From an uncultured virus (IMG/VR IMGVR_UViG_3300010160_000028) (taxonomy: Duplodnaviria > Heunggongvirae > Uroviricota > Caudoviricetes), in IMG/VR virus record IMGVR_UViG_3300010160_000028: a DNA stretch of 58,443 nt; one strand, written 5' to 3'. Below, in pieces: positions 9,731 to 17,135 of this stretch (positions are counted from its first letter, which is position 1; every line of letters starts with the position of its first letter). Below the pieces are notes generated by a model. That model was not told where the DNA came from. It saw nothing but the letters and a program-made list of their open reading frames with translations, and did no database searches. The translations under genes were made by a program, and so were the position numbers.

Positions 9731-9808
9731 GGTCCCGTAGCTCAGCTGGATTAGAGCACGAGCCTTCTAAGCTTGGGGCCGCAGGTTCGAATCCTGCCGG
9801 GATCACCA
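9731..9808 (+). tRNA. tRNA-Arg(TCT)
   Basis: GGTCCCG/CGGGATC acceptor stem, anticodon loop CT-TCT-AA, GTTCGAATC T-loop, encoded CCA. Confidence 0.93.
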
Positions 9809-9871
9809 CTTTTTAGTGTACATTAATTCTTTTTTGGTTTAAGATGGATCTATAATCAGAAAGGAAACGAA

Positions 9872-10030
9872 ATGCTCAACTATACTCTCACCATTCGCAA
9901 CGCTAAAACCAATAAGGTTCTTCGTAAGATTGAGTATAAGAACCACAGCGGTCATGCTATGATGGATGAGTGCTTCTACTGGAGGCAGCATTATCGGAAC
10001 AAGGGCATCGAGATTATCAACGAATGGTAA
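9872..10030 (+). CDS. Small hypothetical protein (52 aa)
   Basis: Promoter TGTACA(9817)-N17-TAAGAT and AAGGA RBS. Confidence 0.6.
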   Translation: MLNYTLTIRNAKTNKVLRKIEYKNHSGHAMMDECFYWRQHYRNKGIEIINEW

Positions 10031-10048
10031 TCAATTGTTAAAGTTTAC

Positions 10049-10124
10049 GGACACTTAGCTCAGTAGGTAGAGCACCGGGCTTTTAACCTGTAGGTCCTGG
10101 GTTCGAACCCCAGAGCGTCCACCA
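10049..10124 (+). tRNA. tRNA-Lys(TTT)
   Basis: GGACACT/AGCGTCC acceptor stem (one mismatch), CT-TTT-AA loop, GTTCGAACC, encoded CCA. Confidence 0.9.
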
Positions 10125-10139
10125 TTTAAAGGATAGTAT

Positions 10140-10685
10140 ATGCCTTGGTCAATCGGAGTGTTTAATAACACACTAGAAAACCATATTAGTAAGATTGCGC
10201 CGAACTATATCTTAGATGTAGGATGTGGTTCTGGTTCATATAGTGATATGTTCAAGCGAGCAGCTCCTCGTGCTGTACTCGAAGCAGTTGAGCCTACTGA
10301 AAAGTACTGGTCAGCATACAAATTACAAGATAAATATCATATTCTTCATAAGATGGAGATTCAAGAGTTTACTAAACAAGATAATAAAATTTATGATTTG
10401 ATTACTTGTTTCGATGTGCTCGAACATCTTTATCTGAGTGAAGCTATTGATACTTTAGAGTGTTTGACATATTGTTCTCGTAATATTATTATTGCATGGC
10501 CTACAAATGTTAATCAAGGAAACCATGAAGGTAATCCTTATGAGAAGCATAAATCTAATATGACGTTATCAGATCTTACACGATTTGATATTACGTATTA
10601 TCAGAAGACACCGTTAGAGCAAAATGCAATGTATCATTATGCACATATTAAAGGTTTACACGGTGAATATACTTCTCTAATTTAG
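10140..10685 (+). CDS. Class I SAM-dependent methyltransferase
   Basis: ILDVGCGSG motif I; YDLITCFDVLEHL. Confidence 0.85.
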   Translation: MPWSIGVFNNTLENHISKIAPNYILDVGCGSGSYSDMFKRAAPRAVLEAVEPTEKYWSAYKLQDKYHILHKMEIQEFTKQDNKIYDLITCFDVLEHLYLSEAIDTLECLTYCSRNIIIAWPTNVNQGNHEGNPYEKHKSNMTLSDLTRFDITYYQKTPLEQNAMYHYAHIKGLHGEYTSLI

Positions 10686-10691
10686 TTTAAT

Positions 10692-10767
10692 GCCCTTATA
10701 GCTCAGTTGGTAGAGCGACGCACTTGTAATGCGTAGGTCCGGCGTTCAAGTCGTCGTGGGGGCACCA
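10692..10767 (+). tRNA. tRNA-Thr(TGT)
   Basis: GCCCTTA/TGGGGGC acceptor stem, ACGCA-CTTGTAA-TGCGT anticodon arm, encoded CCA. Confidence 0.93.
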
Positions 10768-10848
10768 TTTATTTTTCATTGTATACGTTATTTAGTGTAC
10801 AAATTATGCATTATGTTGTAGATTGAATAATAAGAAATGGAGATTATA

Positions 10849-11100
10849 ATGACTAATTCTGATTACTTGACGATGGCTGAAACTCGTTTCTCATCGGTTC
10901 AACGCTACTTTCCTAATTCTTCTGAGTTTAATCGGCTGTTTAATATCGTTCTTGATATGACAAATAAGATGACTGACGAAGAACGTCAAGCTCATAAGGA
11001 AAAATCCATGGAAACACCTGCCACGAAAGCTGCACGCTTGAAAGAAGAGCAAAGGATTATGCGGCAGATGGAAATGAACAAAGACAGCAACAGCATATAA
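10849..11100 (+). CDS. Hypothetical protein
   Basis: Promoter TGTACA(10796)-N17-TAGATT and GGAG RBS. Confidence 0.6.
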   Translation: MTNSDYLTMAETRFSSVQRYFPNSSEFNRLFNIVLDMTNKMTDEERQAHKEKSMETPATKAARLKEEQRIMRQMEMNKDSNSI

Positions 11101-11103
11101 ATA
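11096..11103 (+). promoter_or_regulatory. T4-type late promoter
   Basis: Exact TATAAATA just upstream of an AGGA RBS and ATG. Confidence 0.7.
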
Positions 11104-11114
11104 AGGAATATAAT

Positions 11115-11306
11115 ATGATTAAGAAAGTTGAAATGCATGTCAGTGAACACACTCTCGACGAAGATGGTGGTCCTGGTGCACAGTCGATTGATATCAATCT
11201 TTATGTTCAAGCACTCGGGGCAACTCCTGCCGAGAAGGCAGCGATTCGCACTATTATGAATTCGGCTCAGTTGTATATCAATACAGAATTAAAGAATTTA
11301 AAATAA
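11115..11306 (+). CDS. Hypothetical protein
   Basis: ORF with RBS after the late promoter. Confidence 0.6.
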   Translation: MIKKVEMHVSEHTLDEDGGPGAQSIDINLYVQALGATPAEKAAIRTIMNSAQLYINTELKNLK

Positions 11307-11313
11307 AGTTTAT

Positions 11314-11388
11314 TCCCCGATAGCTCAGTGGTAGAGCAGGTGACTGTTAATCACCTGGCCGGTGGTTCGAACCCATCTCGGGGAGCCA
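11314..11388 (+). tRNA. tRNA-Asn(GTT)
   Basis: TCCCCGA/TCGGGGA acceptor stem, GGTGA-CTGTTAA-TCACC anticodon arm, encoded CCA. Confidence 0.93.
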
Positions 11389-11389
11389 A

Positions 11390-11540
11390 TTCGAGTGGGA
11401 GATGATGGAGATGCATCTCTTGATTTAAGGCACACTATGAGGGTCACTAACGACTAGAACCCGAACTGCTGAACCACCGAAGAAGCGACAAATCTAGGGA
11501 GTGGTACTCCTGCCCAACCAGCAATAGGTTTGTCGCTTCA
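11390..11540 (+). ncRNA. Candidate structured RNA downstream of tRNA-Asn
   Basis: 15-bp stem 11482-11496/11525-11539 enclosing two small hairpins; further hairpin 11397-11421; no plausible ORF. Confidence 0.45.
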
Positions 11541-11560
11541 CATTATTCATGGAGATAGTT

Positions 11561-11710
11561 ATGTGGCGTATTTGGGCAAAAGCTTTAGGTGAAAAAGCAA
11601 GTCCTTGTGATCGCGAGTCTGATAGAGTCGCTTTGATCCGAACTCTCTTCATCGTACAAGCCGTCATAGCAAACATCTTTTTGATTGCAAATGCAATTCA
11701 TCATTGGTAG
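11561..11710 (+). CDS. Small membrane protein (49 aa, not in ORF track)
   Basis: GGAG RBS; MWRIWAKALGEKAS...D..A.IRT plus a TM helix, a pattern typical of T4-like phage small proteins. Confidence 0.7.
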   Translation: MWRIWAKALGEKASPCDRESDRVALIRTLFIVQAVIANIFLIANAIHHW

Positions 11711-11719
11711 GAGTAAATT

Positions 11720-12307
11720 ATGGTACAACGTATTAAGATTAAAAGGTTTTGGGATATTGATGAGAATGTAGGTGATGAACTGAAAACTCTTGTTCCAAGT
11801 GTAACTTTTAAAACTCGTGTTAGAGATGACTTGATTGGCGGTGACAATCCATATCGCTGGGAAGATGTCACCACGTGGGATCTGTTCGCAGGTAAACGCG
11901 TGGTTCTTTTCTCCCTTCCTGGTGCATTCACTCCAACGTGTTCGACATATCAACTTCCTGGTTTCGAAGAGAAGTTTGCTGAATTCAAGGCTCTCGGAAT
12001 TAAGGACATCTATTGTGTTTCGGTCAACGATGCGTTTGTGATGAATGCATGGGCGAAAGCACAGAAGGTGAAGAAAGTCAAGGTAATTCCTGACGGTTCA
12101 GGTAAGTTCACTCGTAAGATGGGTATGCTAGTTCATAAGGATAATCTCGGTTTTGGTGAACGCTCATGGCGTTACGCATGTGTCGTTAATAACGGTAAGA
12201 TCGAGAAGTGGTTCATCGAACCAGGCGCAGAAGATAATTGCCCAGTCGATCCTTATGGTGAAACTGCTCCAGAAAACATCTTAAACTGGTTAAAAGAAAA
12301 TGGATAA
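11720..12307 (+). CDS. Peroxiredoxin (Prx5-like)
   Basis: FSLPGAFTPTCS peroxidatic motif; SVNDAFVMNAW; RSWRY. Confidence 0.92.
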   Translation: MVQRIKIKRFWDIDENVGDELKTLVPSVTFKTRVRDDLIGGDNPYRWEDVTTWDLFAGKRVVLFSLPGAFTPTCSTYQLPGFEEKFAEFKALGIKDIYCVSVNDAFVMNAWAKAQKVKKVKVIPDGSGKFTRKMGMLVHKDNLGFGERSWRYACVVNNGKIEKWFIEPGAEDNCPVDPYGETAPENILNWLKENG

Positions 12308-12473
12308 TAAGAAAGTCGTTGCTGGAGTTGCAGGAATAGCAGTCGTAGGAATCCTTTCCTATTTTGGCTATCGTCTTGTCAAGGAACTGAACGAACTTGA
12401 TGTCGATTTCTTCGGAGAGAATATCGAAGACTCTTATTATCAAAAGTATCCTCAGAAAAACAACGATACATAA
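12300..12473 (+). CDS. Small single-TM protein (57 aa)
   Basis: MDNKKVVAGVAGIAVVGILSYFGY; overlaps the Prx stop. Confidence 0.5.
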   Translation: MDNKKVVAGVAGIAVVGILSYFGYRLVKELNELDVDFFGENIEDSYYQKYPQKNNDT

Positions 12474-12487
12474 CTCATAATCTTTTT

Positions 12488-12557
12488 AAAAAAAACGCAT
12501 TCGGACTTGCTCTGAGTGCGTTTTTTGGTGTACATTATTATCAAAACAGTGTAAGGT
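12488..12557 (+). promoter_or_regulatory. Terminator hairpin fused to early-type promoter (cassette copy 2)
   Basis: AAAAAACGCATTCGGA-CTTGC-TCTGAGTGCGTTTTTT then TGTACA(12529)-N17-TAAGGT; near-copy of 8499-8563. Confidence 0.7.
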
Positions 12558-12585
12558 GGAACTATAATAAAGAAGGAAGAAAAAA

Positions 12586-12930
12586 ATGATTAAGGTTTAT
12601 CAGATTCAGCTTACCGATGCAGAGATCAACATGATCAATACCGGCGAAACAAGCGCACGTATCAAGGCTTACTTCGATCGTAGCTTCGAAGGTAAATTTA
12701 AAGCTGAAAACTTCCAGTACTACACGCATGTCGCTAACGTTGATACCAACGACATGGAAAATGCCTTTGAAGCAATGAATCTCTGGGAAGAAAGCATATA
12801 CTTCGAGGATATTTTTAAGCTCGGCCCTTGCTCTTCGATGTCAGTTGGTGATATTCTTGACGTTGACGGTAAACTTTATCGCTGCGCTTCGGCAGGCTTC
12901 ACACTTCTTGAAAATTATCAAAAGGATTAA
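12586..12930 (+). CDS. YodL-like hypothetical protein
   Basis: KVYQI...Y.HVA...ENAF..MN...SMSVGDI pattern. Confidence 0.5.
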   Translation: MIKVYQIQLTDAEINMINTGETSARIKAYFDRSFEGKFKAENFQYYTHVANVDTNDMENAFEAMNLWEESIYFEDIFKLGPCSSMSVGDILDVDGKLYRCASAGFTLLENYQKD

Positions 12931-12932
12931 TT

Positions 12933-13214
12933 ATGCTTAAACTCTCAAAAGATTTAAGTCGGTTTCCAAGTCAGCGAGCTGCTCTGGCTCGTCGGAAATC
13001 AGAACTTTTTCTCGAAATCATCAAATGGACCGGCACGTCCTGTGTTATTGTGGCTGCAGCTTGTCGAGCATTTGATTTCCATGCGGCAGATCTTCTGATC
13101 TCGATTGCTGGTGCTGGCCTTTGGGGTTATGCTGCAATCGCGATGAGAGATAAAGCATTGATTGCTGTAAACGCACTCGTTGTTGGTATTTTAATTGTAG
13201 GAGTTATTGTATGA
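12933..13214 (+). CDS. Membrane protein
   Basis: Three hydrophobic segments; AAGGA RBS. Confidence 0.6.
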   Translation: MLKLSKDLSRFPSQRAALARRKSELFLEIIKWTGTSCVIVAAACRAFDFHAADLLISIAGAGLWGYAAIAMRDKALIAVNALVVGILIVGVIV

Positions 13215-13351
13215 AGTTTGATCCATGGACCGATCGAGTCTTTGTTCGTCGTTTGAAGAACGTTCTCGTTGCATCTCAGCGTGCAGAGAATCCTGAGTTT
13301 AAAGCGATGTGGATAAAAAAGTTTGACGAACTGTTTTTAAGGGCAGAATAA
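13211..13351 (+). CDS. Small hypothetical protein (46 aa)
   Basis: AGGAG RBS; ATGA overlap with the upstream stop. Confidence 0.5.
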   Translation: MKFDPWTDRVFVRRLKNVLVASQRAENPEFKAMWIKKFDELFLRAE

Positions 13352-13372
13352 ACAATAGCAATCGCTAAATAG

Positions 13373-13380
13373 TATAAATA
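13373..13380 (+). promoter_or_regulatory. T4-type late promoter heading the curli-like operon
   Basis: Exact TATAAATA 5 nt before ATG 13386. Confidence 0.75.
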
Positions 13381-13385
13381 ATCGT

Positions 13386-13673
13386 ATGGGTTACGATACT
13401 ATATTCAAAATTATTGGTGACGTCGGATTCCCCATCGCAGCAGCATTGCTCGGTGGGGTTTTCGTTTATTTTGTTATCAACTATATCCTTGAGAGTGTTG
13501 TAAAAGCAATCAGGGGCATGCAGGGTATTATCATGGGGCTTGACAATCGAGTCAAGACAATGAATCATGATATCATCCGTGTTGATGCTATAGTCAGTTC
13601 AGCTCTCGGTCTTCAGCCAGACCTTGACAGAATTGCCCGAGCAGACGGAAAGAACGATGCTCGGAAAGACTAA
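13386..13673 (+). CDS. Single-TM coiled-coil protein (YvrJ/holin-like)
   Basis: VGFPIAA plus TM helix and amphipathic tail; paralogue of the next ORF. Confidence 0.6.
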   Translation: MGYDTIFKIIGDVGFPIAAALLGGVFVYFVINYILESVVKAIRGMQGIIMGLDNRVKTMNHDIIRVDAIVSSALGLQPDLDRIARADGKNDARKD

Positions 13674-13924
13674 TGGATCCAGAACTGCTCGCAGAGCTTA
13701 TAAAACAATACGGTTTTCCAATTGTCGCGTCTGTGGGAATGGGATATTTTGTTTGGTTCATTTATAAGTTTGTCACAGATAAATTAATGCCATTGATTGG
13801 CGAAACTAACGGTATTTTAATTGCACTAATCGATCGTGTCCGTATGTTGGACAACGATCTCATTAGACTTCAACAGAAGGTGAGCGTTGTTTTACAGATA
13901 AAGGATCCTCATAATGACAATTAA
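13673..13924 (+). CDS. Single-TM coiled-coil protein (YvrJ/holin-like) paralogue
   Basis: YGFPIVA plus TM helix; DRVRMLDNDLIR aligns with DNRVKTMNHDIIR. Confidence 0.6.
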   Translation: MDPELLAELIKQYGFPIVASVGMGYFVWFIYKFVTDKLMPLIGETNGILIALIDRVRMLDNDLIRLQQKVSVVLQIKDPHNDN

Positions 13925-13995
13925 TTTAAAAATTGAGATCCTTAAAGTATTCTGTCTTGAATTTGGATTTTCTTCTGAAAAGAAAGAGGAAAAAG

Positions 13996-14436
13996 ATGTT
14001 CAAGAAAATATTGATTTGCTCGATATTCTTCAGCAGCCCAGCGGCAGCTGATCCGCTCGTACAACAGTTTAAAAGTCCATCCTTTAATGGATATGGATGG
14101 TCGTCACATGTGCAATCAATCGATGCACAAGAACGTTCTCGTGAACAAGCAATCAAAGATGCTGAAGCCTCAAAGATTGCTCTTGCAAGAGCTGAAGCTT
14201 CGAATACGCCGCTTGCAAAGTTCATGGCACTATTCACCTCTCAGGTATATGCTCAGCTAGCCACACAGTTGTCAAACAATCTGTTTGCAGAAGGTTCGGC
14301 GCAACAAGGCATGTTTAATCTTGATGGTAACACGATTAGCTATGTAAAAACTGGTACATCAGTGACATTGACTGTCGTTGACAAATTTGGTAATACGACA
14401 GTCGTGACTGTTCCTATCGCAACGTTTGCATTTTAA
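13996..14436 (+). CDS. csgF: Curli assembly protein CsgF-like
   Basis: Signal peptide (PAAA), LVQQFKSPSFNG, C-terminal beta segment; directly upstream of CsgG. Confidence 0.75.
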   Translation: MFKKILICSIFFSSPAAADPLVQQFKSPSFNGYGWSSHVQSIDAQERSREQAIKDAEASKIALARAEASNTPLAKFMALFTSQVYAQLATQLSNNLFAEGSAQQGMFNLDGNTISYVKTGTSVTLTVVDKFGNTTVVTVPIATFAF

Positions 14437-14445
14437 GGAGAAGTC

Positions 14446-15270
14446 ATGAAAAAGCTTTTATTACTTCCATTACTTCTTATCACAACGGCTTGTGCTGGAG
14501 GAGTGCATCCTCATCTCAATCAATCATATCTCGCAAGAGAAGATGCTGAAGTAGAAAGATTTGCAAATCCTAAGTTGTTTAGAACTCTACCAGAACTTGA
14601 TGGTCAGGTAATTCCGATTGCCATCTACTCGTTCACTGATAGAACAGGACAACGCAAACCTTCTGCTACTCAAGCCAGCTTCTCGACAGCCGTCACTCAA
14701 GGTGCAGATGCTTATGTTATTAAAACATTGGCAGATACTGGTGGAGGAAAATGGTTTCGACCAGTCGAGCGCGTAGGCATTGATTCGCTTATTAAAGAAC
14801 GTCAACTCGTAAGACAGATGAGAGAGCAACAACTCGGAGAAGGTGCTGAACCACTTCCTCCTTTGATGGTTGCAGGTATCATCCTTGAAGGCGGTATTAT
14901 TGACTATAGTTCAAATACCAAAACTGGTGGTAACGGTGCAAGATTCCTCGGAATCGGTCCTTATCAACAATATTCAGAAGATCAAGTTACTATTAGTATG
15001 CGACTCGTTTCGGTTCAGACAGGTGAAGTTTTAACTTCTGTCACCGTTGAGAAGAATCTACTCTCTACTTCCGAGGGAGTGACAGCATTTAAGTTTTTTG
15101 ATGTGGGAACAAAAGCTTTTGAATTTGATGGACAACAAACATCAAATGAAGCTGGTAGTTATGCAATCCGTTCAGCCATAGAAACGGCAGTTGTGGAATT
15201 AATCAAGGATGGTGAACGCAAAGGACTATGGAGATTTAAGCAAAAGGAATCAACAAATGAAGGTAATTAA
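14446..15270 (+). CDS. csgG: Curli secretion channel CsgG/HfaB-family lipoprotein
   Basis: Lipobox LITTAC; FTDRTGQRK, FSTAVTQGA, WFRPVERVG..L.KERQ, LEGGIIDY, D.VT..MRLVSV.TGE. Confidence 0.92.
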   Translation: MKKLLLLPLLLITTACAGGVHPHLNQSYLAREDAEVERFANPKLFRTLPELDGQVIPIAIYSFTDRTGQRKPSATQASFSTAVTQGADAYVIKTLADTGGGKWFRPVERVGIDSLIKERQLVRQMREQQLGEGAEPLPPLMVAGIILEGGIIDYSSNTKTGGNGARFLGIGPYQQYSEDQVTISMRLVSVQTGEVLTSVTVEKNLLSTSEGVTAFKFFDVGTKAFEFDGQQTSNEAGSYAIRSAIETAVVELIKDGERKGLWRFKQKESTNEGN

Positions 15271-16030
15271 GTCTTTATTAGTTGGTGCTGCTCTTCTTTA
15301 TGGAACATCAGTGACTGCACAAACCGTGCTACCGACAGCCCCAACTCCACCAGCAATTGTAACTACATCACCAAATGAGGTGACTGCAGCTGCAGTGGCT
15401 ACAACAAACAAAGTATATATCGATCAAGAAGGTGGCAATGTAGATGTTAACGTTGTTCAAACTGGTACTGCTAATATCATTGGCGACAATGATGATCCTA
15501 TCTATTTACGAGGTGATAATCAAAGTGTCATCGCTGTTCAAACCGGTAACGGAAACCAACTCTACATGGGCGTGGTCTCCGCTACAGGAGCAACAGGAAT
15601 CACAGCAGTAACAGTTCGTCAAATCGGTAATCTCAACACCGCAGACATCCGTTGCGGCACGCTTCAATCTGACGCTATCTGTAACAAGTTTGATCTGAAT
15701 GCCAGATTTACAGGCGATTCAAACTCGCTCGTATTTCATGGTTCAGGCGAAAACATTCGTAACTCGATGGATGTAACTGGTGATAATAATGCATTCAACA
15801 TTGATGCACTCTCACCTAATGCAACTCAGACTCTTCTTGTCACAGGTGACTATAATGACTTCGACGTGACACAAACAGGTCTTGGCGGCACATTCGGTCA
15901 TTCACTTTATGTGAACCTCACAGGTACACTTAACACCATTACAACCCAACAGTACGGAGCTTCAGAAACCGTAATCAATATTAACTCGGCGGGTTCAAAT
16001 GGTACGTTTAATATCAAGACTGGCCATTAA
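15257..16030 (+). CDS. Secreted curlin-like repeat protein (CsgA/CsgB-like)
   Basis: Signal peptide, Pro/Thr linker, repeated x-Q-x-G-x-x-N units (VYIDQEGGN, VVQTGTAN, AVQTGNGN, VRQIGNLN). Confidence 0.7.
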   Translation: MKVIKSLLVGAALLYGTSVTAQTVLPTAPTPPAIVTTSPNEVTAAAVATTNKVYIDQEGGNVDVNVVQTGTANIIGDNDDPIYLRGDNQSVIAVQTGNGNQLYMGVVSATGATGITAVTVRQIGNLNTADIRCGTLQSDAICNKFDLNARFTGDSNSLVFHGSGENIRNSMDVTGDNNAFNIDALSPNATQTLLVTGDYNDFDVTQTGLGGTFGHSLYVNLTGTLNTITTQQYGASETVININSAGSNGTFNIKTGH

Positions 16031-17135
16031 TCTATTACTTCTGATATCGGTTCCCGCCTTTGCAGGTGTGGGATCGATATCAGAGTTTCAGGGCGGAGGT
16101 TCCGTTAAGCGTGGTGCAAAGGTTGCACCTGCTGCTAAAGGCTCGAGTATCGAGAAGAACGATACCGTATCGACTAACTCTCAAGGTAGATTTAAGATTC
16201 GATTCGTTGATGCCACGATGGTAAACATCACACAAAATTCAAGGTTAATAATTGATGATTTCGTTTATGATGGAAATAATAAGAGTAAAGGCAAACTCGG
16301 TCTTAAACTGGCTTTGGGGACTGCAAGATATACTTCTGGCGGGATTGCTCATGGGAACTCTCGAGGTGTTGGAATACGTACTCCGACTGCGACGATTGCA
16401 GTCAGAGGCACAGACTTTGTTATGTCTGTTGATGAGGCAGGCAGATCGACTGTTGTTCTTGTTCCTGAATGTTACAACGATAAAGATATCACAAAGATCA
16501 ACTTCGAATGCCCTTCAGGAGCTATCGATGTCATCACTGCTGCAGGCATCGTCACTCTGACTCAGCCATTCCAAGCAACGATGGTCGAGAATTCTTATGC
16601 GCCTCCTGCGCCTCCTGTCGTCATTAATCCTTCAATGAAGGGTATGGACAACAATATTCAGATCTCTCCTCTCGAAACGGATGACGGTCAATCACTGATC
16701 ACTGCTGCTCGCGAAGCACTCAAGAAGTTTGTCAATCCTGCAAAAGCCGCTTCTGATGACAACCAAGATCCAAATACTGGCGGAGATGGCGTAGAAGAAG
16801 TTGCGGTGGCTACTCTTCGTTTGCCTACTCAAGACGAACTTCAAAACATTTATGCAGAGTATAACTCTGGAGCAAGACCGACAGAAACTATCTATACGAA
16901 TGTATCTCCTATATTTAAAAAACAAATGCAAGTCGGATGGGTGTACTCGAGAATCTCAGAAGATAAGAATCAAGTTGTCATAGTGTGGTTACCAAAAGAT
17001 ACTGAAATTCAAATGGTTTCATCTCATAATGGGATTGTCGACGCTTACAATTTTATGGATGATAAATGGACTACGACTGGTACAGGTAGACCACAAGGAA
17101 ATATCACCGTGATACAAGAGTCGGGTGCAAGATGA
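15999..17135 (+). CDS. FecR-domain periplasmic protein
   Basis: Signal peptide; DTVST...IRFVD.T.V...NS.L.I and IRTPTATIAVRGTDF FecR motifs. Confidence 0.85.
   Translation: MVRLISRLAINLLLLISVPAFAGVGSISEFQGGGSVKRGAKVAPAAKGSSIEKNDTVSTNSQGRFKIRFVDATMVNITQNSRLIIDDFVYDGNNKSKGKLGLKLALGTARYTSGGIAHGNSRGVGIRTPTATIAVRGTDFVMSVDEAGRSTVVLVPECYNDKDITKINFECPSGAIDVITAAGIVTLTQPFQATMVENSYAPPAPPVVINPSMKGMDNNIQISPLETDDGQSLITAAREALKKFVNPAKAASDDNQDPNTGGDGVEEVAVATLRLPTQDELQNIYAEYNSGARPTETIYTNVSPIFKKQMQVGWVYSRISEDKNQVVIVWLPKDTEIQMVSSHNGIVDAYNFMDDKWTTTGTGRPQGNITVIQESGAR

Noticed and set aside
11389..11470. HDV-like (theta) ribozyme after tRNA-Asn
   Set aside because: I could not build the nested double pseudoknot or find the conserved L3 and J4/2 residues; kept only as a generic structured-RNA candidate
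8499..12570. CRISPR array or transposon ends suggested by repeated intergenic sequence
   Set aside because: Copies are kilobases apart with no repeat-spacer periodicity and no cas or transposase; promoter/terminator cassettes explain them
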